DNA of 64,000 nt from Candidatus Tayloriibacteriota bacterium. GTDB taxonomy: Bacteria > Patescibacteriota > Minisyncoccia > Phycocordibacterales > PALSA-1337. The stretch's first letter is position 1. Each line of letters opens with the position of its first letter. The stretch is from NCBI GenBank assembly GCA_003151615.1, contig PLXZ01000001.1:244318-308317 (forward strand), in the 5' to 3' direction. This document shows positions 9,932-18,633 of this stretch, one piece after another. The notes below the pieces were generated by a model. The model saw nothing but the letters and a program-made list of their open reading frames with translations. It made no database searches and was not told where the DNA came from. A program made the translations under genes and the position numbers.

Positions 9932-10798
9932 ATGTTAATTCTCGACGGAAAAAAGGCGCGGGCGGAAATAAAGAAAGCCCTTGTCGAAAGGGTGAAGGAG
10001 CTTTCGGTACAGCCACATTTGGTTATTGTTCAAGTGGGTGCGCGCAGCGATTCCGATTCATATATTAATGCGAAGAAAAAATTTGCGGCGGAAATCGGCG
10101 TGCTCGAAACCCATATCACATTGCCGGAGGGAAGCACACAAAACGAAATTCTCCGAACCATCAAAAATGCCAATGCCGATGCATCGGTTCATGGAATCAT
10201 CGTGCAATTGCCGCTTCCTCTTTCGATTGATCCTGAGACGATCATAAATGCAATTGACCCGGAAAAAGACGTCGATGGTTTGGCTGCCGAAAATGTGAAA
10301 AAATGGACTGATGGTCGTGAGGACGCGATCTGGCCGGCGACGACGCGCGGCATCCGTGAACTTCTGAAATTTTACGGCATTTCACTTAATGGAAAAAAAG
10401 TGGCGATGCTCGGCAGGTCGTCTCTCGTTGGCAAACCGACTGCGGCCATGTGCGAAGCGGCAAATGCGACGGTTACTGTATGCCACAGCAAAACGCCAAA
10501 TACTGCCGAAATTACGAAAGCTTCGGACATTATTATTGTCGCAATCGGTAAGCCGCGCCTTATTACTGCGTCATACGTGAACGCGGGTGCGGCGAAGAAG
10601 TCGGAGCAGGTCATCGTCGACGTCGGCACGACTTCGATCGACGGAAAGCTGGTAGGGGATGTCGATTATGAATCGGTCGCGCCGCTCCTCGGTGAAAAGG
10701 GAGCAATCACGCCCGTTCCTGGCGGTGTCGGCCAAATGACGGTGCTCGCCCTTTTTGAAAACCTCGTCGACGCGTGTTATAATCAAGAAAATGATTAG
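9932..10798 (+). CDS. folD: bifunctional methylene-THF dehydrogenase/cyclohydrolase
   Basis: MLILDGKK…GIIVQLPLP…DVDGL…GRSSLVGKP…PVPGGVGQMTV. Start at ATG 9932. Confidence 0.9.
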   Translation: MLILDGKKARAEIKKALVERVKELSVQPHLVIVQVGARSDSDSYINAKKKFAAEIGVLETHITLPEGSTQNEILRTIKNANADASVHGIIVQLPLPLSIDPETIINAIDPEKDVDGLAAENVKKWTDGREDAIWPATTRGIRELLKFYGISLNGKKVAMLGRSSLVGKPTAAMCEAANATVTVCHSKTPNTAEITKASDIIIVAIGKPRLITASYVNAGAAKKSEQVIVDVGTTSIDGKLVGDVDYESVAPLLGEKGAITPVPGGVGQMTVLALFENLVDACYNQEND

Positions 10799-10834
10799 TA
10801 TTTGGCAGTAATTTTTATCAATAATCTAACACAT

Positions 10835-11632
10835 ATGAATATCGAACAAACAAAAATAAAGTTGTGGAAAGCGGGTTTATTTGCGGTTTCAATGCTCTCA
10901 CTTCTTTTTATCGCACTCTTCGCAAACCAGATAAAGATGCTTGTCGGCATCGGTGAAACGCATACGGCGACAAATACGTTTACAGTCAACGGCACAGGCA
11001 AGGTCACAGTCATTCCTGATGTGGCGACATTCAGCTTCAGCGTGACACAGACAGCTTCAACGGTTGCGGCGGCGCAGGCGGCGGCTACGACTCAGATCAA
11101 CAATGCACTGAGCGCTCTCACTTCGGCCGGAGTTGCTTCGTCTGACGTGAAGACTCTTTCATACAATATCAATCCTCACTACGAATCGCAGGGCGGTGGA
11201 TGCAGCGGCCCCAATGGCATTTGTACTCCTTCAAAATCGGTGCTTACCGGATATGACGTCAGCCAGACGATACAAGTAAAGGTACGCGATTTGAGCAAAG
11301 CAGGCGCATTGTTCACGACGATCGGATCGCTCGGCGTGCAGAATGTCGACAGCCTGCAATTTTCTTTGGACAATCCGGAAACAGTACAGAGCGAGGCCCG
11401 CGCAATGGCGATTGCCGATGCACAGACACAGGCGAACATGCTCGCGAAAGAATTGGGCGTCAAACTGGTTGCGGTTGTGAACTTCACGGACAATAGCGGT
11501 TCGCCGACTCCATATCCAATAATGTATGCCATGGCTTCGAACGCTTCAGGTGCGGATTCCGTAGCTCCGAACATTCCAGCAGGCCAACAGCAGGTCACTG
11601 AAAACGTCTCAGTCACTTACGAAATTCGATAG
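10835..11632 (+). CDS. SIMPL/DUF541-like secreted protein
   Basis: Signal anchor; VTVIPDVATFSFSV…SKAGAL…NVDSLQFSL pattern. Start at ATG 10835. Confidence 0.55.
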   Translation: MNIEQTKIKLWKAGLFAVSMLSLLFIALFANQIKMLVGIGETHTATNTFTVNGTGKVTVIPDVATFSFSVTQTASTVAAAQAAATTQINNALSALTSAGVASSDVKTLSYNINPHYESQGGGCSGPNGICTPSKSVLTGYDVSQTIQVKVRDLSKAGALFTTIGSLGVQNVDSLQFSLDNPETVQSEARAMAIADAQTQANMLAKELGVKLVAVVNFTDNSGSPTPYPIMYAMASNASGADSVAPNIPAGQQQVTENVSVTYEIR

Positions 11633-11766
11633 TCGCGGCTGCGTTTCGGTCACTGTTGACTTTCTCAATCCAATACGATAGTATATTCCGTACTGCCCCG
11701 GGAGGGGTTTTTTAGTAGAGCTGTTACATCAGCCGCTTCCAGCGGCACAAAATAGTAATCAAACCA

Positions 11767-11943
11767 ATGAAAATCAGCGAATATATCAAGGAAACACGTT
11801 CGGAAATGAGCCATGTCACGTGGCCGACGCGCGTTCAGGCCATCAATTACGCCTTGCTTGTCATTGGCGTTTCCGTTGTCATCGCGGCTTTTCTCGGCAT
11901 CTGCGATTACGTTTTCTCTCGAGTGCTCACCCTCTTCTTCTAA
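11767..11943 (+). CDS. secE: preprotein translocase subunit SecE (58 aa, below ORF-track cutoff)
   Basis: MKISEYIKETRSEMSHVTWPTRVQAINYALLVIGVSVVIAAFLGICDYVFSRVLTLFF: single-TM SecE directly upstream of nusG. Confidence 0.75.
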   Translation: MKISEYIKETRSEMSHVTWPTRVQAINYALLVIGVSVVIAAFLGICDYVFSRVLTLFF

Positions 11944-11983
11944 ATTTTTCCGTTTCATCACATTATTTAATTAACTAAAACAC

Positions 11984-12529
11984 ATGGCAAAACAACAGGT
12001 CGGCGGAGATCGAAATTGGTACGCAATCCACACATACGCGGGATATGAAAACGCGGTCGCGCGAAATTTGAAGCAGCGCATCGAATCGCTCGGCGTTGAG
12101 AACCAGATTTTCAGCGTGCTTGTTCCCACTGAAAAAAAGATCAAAATTAAAGGCGGCAAGCGAGTCGAGGAAGAAGAGAAAATTTATCCCGGCTACATTC
12201 TCGTGGACATGATTGTGACGGACGAATCATGGTATATCGTGCGAAATACGCCGCGCGTGACCGGCTTTGTCGGTTCCGGCGTCTACCCGGTGCCTCTCGA
12301 CAAGAAGGAAGTCGATGTTCTGTTCGGCCGCATGAATGCAACGGACGTCAAGCACACGATCGATCTCGCAATCGACGACATCGTTAAAATCAGCGACGGT
12401 CCGTTCAAAGATCTCGAAGGAAAAGTTAATGAAGTGGATGACAATCGCGGCAAAATCAAGGTTCTCGTCTCCATGTTTGGCCGCGAGACGCCGGTGGAAT
12501 TGGACTTTCTACAGGTCAAGAAGATCTAA
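11984..12529 (+). CDS. nusG: transcription antitermination factor NusG
   Basis: NGN domain (WYAIHTYAGYEN) and C-terminal KOW (GKVNEVDDNRGKIKVLVSMFGRETPVELDF). Confidence 0.9.
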   Translation: MAKQQVGGDRNWYAIHTYAGYENAVARNLKQRIESLGVENQIFSVLVPTEKKIKIKGGKRVEEEEKIYPGYILVDMIVTDESWYIVRNTPRVTGFVGSGVYPVPLDKKEVDVLFGRMNATDVKHTIDLAIDDIVKISDGPFKDLEGKVNEVDDNRGKIKVLVSMFGRETPVELDFLQVKKI

Positions 12530-12640
12530 CACGAAAGCACTCGTATCTCAGAGAACGCCATAATTTTCTACTGAAAATTTGGCTCACTCTCGGACATCTT
12601 CATGTCCTCCGAGAGTCTCTTCGATACGAGTGCTTTCGTG
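12530..12640 (+). other. 111-nt structured element: perfect 18-bp outer stem enclosing two inner hairpins, between nusG and rplK
   Basis: CACGAAAGCACTCGTATC (12530-12547) pairs perfectly with GATACGAGTGCTTTCGTG (12623-12640). Inner AATTTTC-TACT-GAAAATT and CTCTCGGACAT…ATGTCCTCCGAGAG hairpins. Confidence 0.6.
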
Positions 12641-12752
12641 TCGTATATCCTAACCTGTAGACGCTTGTGTTTTTCCTTAAAATAAGTTAATCTGTTCGAA
12701 CCTCAGCTTCTAGAGGTTTATTCAATAAACCAGACAAAAACCAAAAAATAAC

Positions 12753-13175
12753 ATGGCCAAAAAAGTAATGAAGAAACTGAAACTCCAGATTGCCGGCGGC
12801 AAGGCTAATCCCGCGCCTCCGGTCGGCCCCGCCCTCGGTCAGGCCGGCATCAACATCGGAGATTTCGTCAAGAAATTTAACGATGCGACGAAGGACAAAA
12901 TAGGGGATATCGTTCCTGTTGAAATTTCCGTATACGACGACCGTTCGTACGATTTTGTCCTCAAAACTCCTCCGGCTTCTTCCCTTATTTTGAAAGCGAT
13001 AAAACAGGAAAAAGGTTCAGGAAAACCTAACACAAAAAAAGTGGGCACAATCACAAAAGCCCAGATTCGTGAAATCGCAGAGAAAAAAATGCCCGACCTC
13101 AACGCAAACGACATTGAAGCGGCCATGAAAATCATCGCAGGATCGGCCCGATCGATGGGAGTTGACATAAAATAG
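12753..13175 (+). CDS. rplK: 50S ribosomal protein L11
   Basis: [44 protein letters not shown]…. Confidence 0.9.
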   Translation: MAKKVMKKLKLQIAGGKANPAPPVGPALGQAGINIGDFVKKFNDATKDKIGDIVPVEISVYDDRSYDFVLKTPPASSLILKAIKQEKGSGKPNTKKVGTITKAQIREIAEKKMPDLNANDIEAAMKIIAGSARSMGVDIK

Positions 13176-13224
13176 CCTTGTGCTATACTGTATTTTAGCT
13201 CCAGTTCTATGAATTTTTGATCTT

Positions 13225-13414
13225 GTGGGTGGCGGTTAGCATCGGTTCCTCGGCCGGAAGACTGTGATCAGGTGTTTGCTGACACCGCTTTTAAAGCCAG
13301 TTGGCGAGGTTTCGCGCATTGTGCGACGAACTGCGCGTCCTGTTACTCGCCCCTGGCCCGGTTTCTGATCGCCGCCACCCACATCGTTTCGGGGTTCTAT
13401 CCCCCTCTTTTTTG
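13225..13414 (+). ncRNA. candidate structured small RNA (~190 nt, 6S-like length) with intrinsic terminator
   Basis: Closing stem GTGGGTGGCGG (13225-13235) with CCGCCACCCAC (13372-13382). Internal hairpins GGTGT-TTGCTG-ACACC, GCCAGTTGGCGAG…CTCGCCCCTGGC and CGCGCA…TGCGCG. Terminator GGGGTTCTATCCCC+T-run at 13391-13414. No ORF. Confidence 0.4.
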
Positions 13415-13549
13415 AAAGCGCTGTAATTTTTTACAGTGCTTTTTCATTTAAGGAAAGCGTACTCGCGGACACTTAAGGGCACACTTATGTGAAGTAATCT
13501 TCACTACGCGGGTATTCCCGACGTCCATATAAAAAGGTATACTAGCTCC

Positions 13550-13822
13550 ATGAACGACATACTTCACGCGAATATTTTCTTTTTCATCACTTCGGTGGTG
13601 GTTGTCATCCTAGGCGTGCTGGCAATTTTCGCGTTTTACTATATTCTCGGCATTCTCAAAAATATCCGGGACATAACGGACCGCGCCCAGCGGGGGAGCG
13701 AGGTGCTGGCCGGCGATTTGCAGGATCTTCGCGCAAATATAAAGGAAGAGGGAATGCGTTTTCGCCACATCAAGAAATTCCTGAAGGGCTATTCAAAATG
13801 GTTTCCATCGGATGATAAATAG
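13550..13822 (+). CDS. small membrane protein (90 aa)
   Basis: N-terminal TM helix; ORF track. Confidence 0.45.
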   Translation: MNDILHANIFFFITSVVVVILGVLAIFAFYYILGILKNIRDITDRAQRGSEVLAGDLQDLRANIKEEGMRFRHIKKFLKGYSKWFPSDDK

Positions 13823-13825
13823 ATT

Positions 13826-14149
13826 ATGAAAGGGACGGTTCCTATTATTAATTTTAATAAAGATTTAAACAAAAAATACATGTCACAGAAAAAATCGCAT
13901 GCGGGGAAAATAGGGTTGGCGGGAGTGGCGGCTGCAGCAGCGGCCGCGGCGGGGGCATATTATTTATACGGAAGCAAAAACGCCGCGAAAAACCGCGCGG
14001 CAGCCGCGGCTTGGATGAAAAAAGCCGAAGCGCACATTGTGAAGGAAGCAAAAAAGGGCGTCAAAGTTGCGCACGCAAAAATCTCAAAAGAAATGACAAA
14101 GGGCATGAAGACCGTGAATAAAACTCTTAAAAAGCGTTCGAAAAAATAG
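13826..14149 (+). CDS. Lys/Ala-rich small protein (107 aa)
   Basis: ORF track; Ala-rich TM-like segment then basic tail. Confidence 0.4.
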   Translation: MKGTVPIINFNKDLNKKYMSQKKSHAGKIGLAGVAAAAAAAAGAYYLYGSKNAAKNRAAAAAWMKKAEAHIVKEAKKGVKVAHAKISKEMTKGMKTVNKTLKKRSKK

Positions 14150-14192
14150 ACCGCAATTTGTCTGGTAATACGCCTCGGCCCAATCCGTCAGA

Positions 14193-14384
14193 ATGGGCAT
14201 GACTATGGAAAAATATAAGGAAGTCGAGGAGAACGCGCTTGATGCGTTGAAAGAGCGATGCGCGAGCGGGGATGCGGACGCCGATCATCTCAATGCCGAC
14301 GATGTGATTGCGCACGCGGTCAACGCTCTTGGCTTGCATGAACTTGCCAAACAATATCGGAAGACGATAAATAAGGTCAGCTAA
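14193..14384 (+). CDS. small hypothetical protein (63 aa)
   Basis: ORF track only. Confidence 0.3.
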   Translation: MGMTMEKYKEVEENALDALKERCASGDADADHLNADDVIAHAVNALGLHELAKQYRKTINKVS

Positions 14385-14422
14385 GAAAAACATACTCCAA
14401 GAGCGACCTTGCTAGGTCGAAT

Positions 14423-14451
14423 AAAACAACCCGCGTAACGCGGGTTGTTTT
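14423..14451. terminator. bidirectional rho-independent terminator
   Basis: AAAACAACCCGCG-TAA-CGCGGGTTGTTTT perfect palindrome with flanking A/T runs. Confidence 0.7.
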
Positions 14452-14740
14452 ATCATATAGAGCTCCTCTTCGTGGAGATGGATGCGAAAATATAAGGCGG
14501 AGCGATAAAACGGCGCAAGGCCTGTTTTTTATAAATGCTCCTATGTTTCTTAAGATCCTCTCCCTTAGAATGAACCCTGCATCAATTTTAATACTATCTT
14601 AATATAAGTCAATAGGACTTGGGGGAAAAGCTTGTTCATAAACTGTTGATAATTTCGGGTAACAATTCGTCCCCCGTGCCGTCAGAGAGAACAAAGGTCG
14701 TAATGTAAAATTATCAGCATATAGCTTAACTATAAAACAT

Positions 14741-15187
14741 ATGATCAAAAGAATTGTTTCAAGTGCTTTTGTCGCGACAGCCCTTGGCGTGGCAGTAAGC
14801 ATAACGGGTGCCCTGAGCGCTTATGCTCAGACGACCACGATGCCGGCTTTGTATAATCAGGCGGGCGTAGAGGTCAACAACGGAAACGTAACGCCTCTTG
14901 CTGCGGGATATTACTTCCTTGCACCGGGGGCATCGGCAAACACGGAAGTTTACTACTACGGCAACGGAACCTACTATGATTCAACGACAGGCATGTACGG
15001 CGGAAGCGTCGCCGATCCTAACGGTACGGCAGGCGTAGTCATTAACGGCAGCGGTGCTCCGGGAGTTCCCGACACGGGTCTCGGCGGCAATGCGGCTTCC
15101 GTATGGATGGCTCTTGTAGCTTCAGGTTTGGTTGTAGCTGCGGGCGCAACCTACCTGGTCCGCTCACGAGTTCCATTTTTGCGATAA
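14741..15187 (+). CDS. secreted protein with C-terminal sorting signal (VPDTG + TM + RSR), putative sortase substrate
   Basis: Signal peptide; C-terminus …GAPGVPDTGLGGNAASVWMALVASGLVVAAGATYLVRSR. Sortase gene immediately downstream. Confidence 0.6.
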   Translation: MIKRIVSSAFVATALGVAVSITGALSAYAQTTTMPALYNQAGVEVNNGNVTPLAAGYYFLAPGASANTEVYYYGNGTYYDSTTGMYGGSVADPNGTAGVVINGSGAPGVPDTGLGGNAASVWMALVASGLVVAAGATYLVRSRVPFLR

Positions 15188-15304
15188 AATAAAGTCGCAC
15201 AAGGCGGAGACTGCGCTTAAACCTATATCCCGGCGTACTATCCGTCTTGCAATAAGTTTCAGAAAGAGTTTCGAGGAAATTCGCTCTATTTTTTACACAT
15301 TCAC

Positions 15305-15970
15305 ATGAAAACATTCATCGCATATACAGTCACCATCGCCACTGTCATTGCCGCGGCAATATTTGCGCGCACCCTCGTCGAGGCGGCCATATATGTTCCT
15401 GGCAGTACCGGAGTAGTGGCGCCTCTTCCAAATTCTCAGGCCGTCGACAGCAATGTATCCGTTCCTCCCGCCGCATCCGCCACCGTCGCGACCATTGCCC
15501 AAAATGTCGCCGTCACTCCGCCGGGGTATCCGGTCCGTCTTGCCATTCCGGCTCTCAACATAAATGCGGCGGTGCAGGATGTCGGCATTACAGCAAAGGG
15601 AAATATGGGAATACCGAATAATTTCGTCGATGTTGGGTGGTATTCCTACGGCGCGATTCCCGGGCAGACCGGCAGCGCGGTCATTGACGGGCACGTGGAC
15701 AATGGTTTGGCATTGGTCGGAGTTTTCAAACATCTTTCGGACATTAAAACGGGGGACGATGTGTATGTCACTAATTACGCGGGACAAAAATTGCATTTCG
15801 TTGTTACGGATATCCAATATTATGGATATGAAAATGCGCCAACGAGCGAAATATTCAATGCCGACAACGGAGGTGCCGAATTGAAGCTGATTACCTGCGG
15901 CGGCACCTGGGTCCCAGGTCAGAAAACCTATGACCAGCGTTTGGTTGTGACGGCGAAACTTGAACAATAA
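15305..15970 (+). CDS. sortase-family transpeptidase
   Basis: N-terminal anchor; conserved His (VIDGHVDN) and TLxTC-like active-site Cys (LKLITCGG). Confidence 0.8.
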   Translation: MKTFIAYTVTIATVIAAAIFARTLVEAAIYVPGSTGVVAPLPNSQAVDSNVSVPPAASATVATIAQNVAVTPPGYPVRLAIPALNINAAVQDVGITAKGNMGIPNNFVDVGWYSYGAIPGQTGSAVIDGHVDNGLALVGVFKHLSDIKTGDDVYVTNYAGQKLHFVVTDIQYYGYENAPTSEIFNADNGGAELKLITCGGTWVPGQKTYDQRLVVTAKLEQ

Positions 15971-16095
15971 GAAAACTTGCATTTATCATCTTTCCATGGT
16001 ACAATCTGGCTTGGAACATCGTTTACGGAGGTGTTCTTTTCAAAAACAGCAACAGGCAACAATACAGCAACAGCAACAAAAAACAGGAGCACACA

Positions 16096-16353
16096 ATGGT
16101 AAAAACAATAGTTATCAACCAACCTCTGTCGCGAAAATTAACAACCTGCGGCGGAGTAACCCCCATGCCAATGAGCCCTCTTGAGGCGGCGACTATCATG
16201 GACAGCGTTCAGCTCAACGAAGAGGTCATGAGGCCCGGAGAACTTGCCCGACGGAACGAGATGTTTCGGAAGGGCTTGTATCATCCGGCCATGTCCGAAC
16301 TCACGCTCATCGCGGCCAGGATCGTTTCCGGAGGAGGTGTTATCCAAGCATAA
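16096..16353 (+). CDS. hypothetical protein (85 aa)
   Basis: ORF track only. Confidence 0.3.
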   Translation: MVKTIVINQPLSRKLTTCGGVTPMPMSPLEAATIMDSVQLNEEVMRPGELARRNEMFRKGLYHPAMSELTLIAARIVSGGGVIQA

Positions 16354-16548
16354 ATTACTCAAACTTGGGAAGGGCGTCACGATGTATTTCGTGGCGCCCT
16401 TTATTTTTTTCATGAAAATAAAAAATCCCGTCCGAATTTCTCCGGAGGGGATTTCGCTGTCATGATGGATTGTATCTTTCACTTTGTTTATGTTGAAGAG
16501 CGCTGGCAAAAGGCTATCAAAAAAACGCGGGGAAATCAATGAAACAGA

Positions 16549-16761
16549 TTAGATTTTGTTGAGGTGCAATTTTTCCGCAACGAATCTGAAGCTTGTATAT
16601 GAAAGGTATCCTGCGACGACAAATGCCAACCAACTGAGCCAGATTGGAACCGACCATCCGCCGACAATGAGACTGATGCCAAAGACAGCCCGGACAAGAT
16701 GGGCGAGTGAGACGATTCCCAGGACGCACCCGAGAATTATGTAATAGTTTTTGTGGGTCAT
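16549..16761 (-). CDS. small two-TM membrane protein (70 aa)
   Basis: ORF track; two clear hydrophobic helices. Confidence 0.4.
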   Translation of the reverse strand: MTHKNYYIILGCVLGIVSLAHLVRAVFGISLIVGGWSVPIWLSWLAFVVAGYLSYTSFRFVAEKLHLNKI

Positions 16762-16877
16762 GTTTTTAAAATTAGTTTATCTTTTAAATTTATTTTCACC
16801 CTATCACAGGTTGTGACGATGTTACGGGGGTTTTGTTACGGGCGACTTCTATTGGATTTTGTGGTAAATTATTCTGA

Positions 16878-17498
16878 ATGAAACGATATGCTTTTATTGA
16901 TGTTCAAAATACAGCAAGTACTGCACAACAAATGCTTGGTTTTGTCGTGGATTGGCAAAAACTTTGCGAGCTTCTTAAAAACAAGAAGTCTTGTACGGAG
17001 GTATATTTGTATACCGGCATAGATAATGGTGATCTAGAAACAGCAAAAGAATTCGACGCCTTATCGAAAACAAGCTGTTGTGTGGTAAAAAGTAAATCAA
17101 TTTTTTCTTACAAAAACAAAGATCTGACGGTTCCTCTTAAGTGTTCTGGATGTGCTTTAGAGACTGTGCATATGGTAGATATGGGGTACACAAAAAAATC
17201 AAATTGCGATGTTGAATTAACCGTGGATGTCATTGAAAAGTCGGGTCCTGATGTTGAGTTGTTATTATTTACAGGGGACGGCGATTTTGAATATTTGATT
17301 CGGAAGGCTTTGGATAAAGAAGTAAGTAAAGTTTCTATATTTTCATGTGCTGATAGATACGTAAAGGCCGGTATGACTATTTCAAGGTTTTCGACAAAAC
17401 TCAGAAATTTGATTGCCGAAAAACCGGCGAAAGTATTTTATGTTCCTCTGAAAGACATTAAAGACCAGATAAAAAAGAATATTTCTCCTATTATTTAG
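16878..17498 (+). CDS. NYN/LabA-like PIN-fold domain protein
   Basis: FIDVQN…LLLFTGDGDFEYL pattern typical of NYN (COG1432) domains. Confidence 0.6.
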   Translation: MKRYAFIDVQNTASTAQQMLGFVVDWQKLCELLKNKKSCTEVYLYTGIDNGDLETAKEFDALSKTSCCVVKSKSIFSYKNKDLTVPLKCSGCALETVHMVDMGYTKKSNCDVELTVDVIEKSGPDVELLLFTGDGDFEYLIRKALDKEVSKVSIFSCADRYVKAGMTISRFSTKLRNLIAEKPAKVFYVPLKDIKDQIKKNISPII

Positions 17499-17506
17499 AC
17501 AAATGA

Positions 17507-17534
17507 AAAGGCCCCTCGTAAGAGTGGCCTTTTC
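17507..17534 (+). terminator. rho-independent terminator
   Basis: AAAAGGCC-loop-GGCCTTTT. Confidence 0.6.
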
Positions 17535-17652
17535 GAATGACACTGTTGAGTATATACGAACGCCCCCAAAAGTCAATGGTTTATCCACATATTTTGATGG
17601 CATTCAAATGTAGTGACGTTTTTAGGACTCTCCTATTACATTACGAAGGTTT

Positions 17653-18086
17653 TGGTGGAGATGCGCGGAATTGAACCGCGGTGCACATGACTTCCTTGAA
17701 CGCTTCTACATTGGATAGGGTGCTTTATCGGCCACATGCCGGAAGAGTTGCCTCGTCCGACTGCCGGCCGTTTGACCCGCGCTCCTCACAGCAAACGAAA
17801 TAGAGTGCGGGCGAGTCCCGTTTTTTCAGATACGGCATGAGACTGTGCCGGATCCAAGTCCGCGATATATCACCAAACCTGTTCTGCAGACGTGAACAGG
17901 CCGATGTCACTTAGGCTACTTGCGTAGCGTAAGCGAAAGCGAAAGAGTTGGCTCCAAAATATGGAGACACAACAGATTTTGCCATTGCTACTGATTTTGC
18001 AGTTGCGATTCCGTCAGATTAAAGAGTTAACGGTGCTCTCCAATGCGCATAAAAGGGCAGGTCACGTGTCGATGCCTGTCATCCCC
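17653..18086 (-). ncRNA. ssrA: tmRNA (SsrA), unannotated, directly downstream of smpB
   Basis: Minus strand reads 5' GGGGATGACAGGCATCGACACG… and 3' …CGCGGTTCAATTCCGCGCATCTCCACCA. tRNA-like acceptor stem with G3:U70; T-arm CGCGG-TTCAATT-CCGCG. Internal tag ORF GCC AAC TCT TTC GCT TTC GCT TAC GCT ACG CAA GTA GCC TAA (ANSFAFAYATQVA). Confidence 0.8.
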
Positions 18087-18101
18087 AGATAATTTATATT
18101 G

Positions 18102-18554
18102 TTAAAGTGCAAATTCTCTCGCGATGTCGCGTTCCGATGCGCGCTTTTTGAGCGTCTCTCTCTTGTCGTATTTTTTCTTGCCGCGGACGATGGCGATGTC
18201 GATTTTTATCTTGCCGCCCGTTTTTTTACCGTCCTTACTGTACACTGAAATTGGGGCTATTGTCAAACCTTTCTTCAGGTTGGCGAGCTCGGCTATTTCA
18301 GTTTTTCGGAGTAAAAGCTTGCGATTGCGATAAGGATCATACGAAGTAGGCGTATTTTTTTCCTGAAACGGTGGAATGTGCACGCCGACGAGAAACGCTT
18401 CGCCTCCGCGGACTATGACGTATGAACCGAGAAGGCTCCCCGTATGCGCGCGCAGGGATTTCACTTCAAAACCGAGCAATTCGATGCCCGCCTCATAGCT
18501 TTCCATGATTTCATAGTCGAGGCGTATTTTTTTGTTCTCCACCAGCGTGGCCAT
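18102..18554 (-). CDS. smpB: SsrA-binding protein SmpB
   Basis: MATLVENKKIRLDYEIMESYEAGIELLGFEVKSLR… Start taken at conserved Met (ORF extends to 18587). Confidence 0.9.
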   Translation of the reverse strand: MATLVENKKIRLDYEIMESYEAGIELLGFEVKSLRAHTGSLLGSYVIVRGGEAFLVGVHIPPFQEKNTPTSYDPYRNRKLLLRKTEIAELANLKKGLTIAPISVYSKDGKKTGGKIKIDIAIVRGKKKYDKRETLKKRASERDIAREFAL

Positions 18555-18573
18555 GCACTCAGCGTAGCATTGT

Positions 18574-18602
18574 TTGACAAATAACACAATATGTGATATT
18601 AT
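18574..18602 (+). promoter_or_regulatory. consensus sigma70 promoter upstream of cas1
   Basis: TTGACA-17 bp-TATTAT, 32 bp upstream of cas1 ATG. Confidence 0.6.
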
Positions 18603-18633
18603 TTCAGCGTTTATCAGCTAATATACAAAAACC

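Noticed and set aside
17725-17910. 61-aa ORF on minus strand
   Set aside because: Lies entirely within the tmRNA gene.
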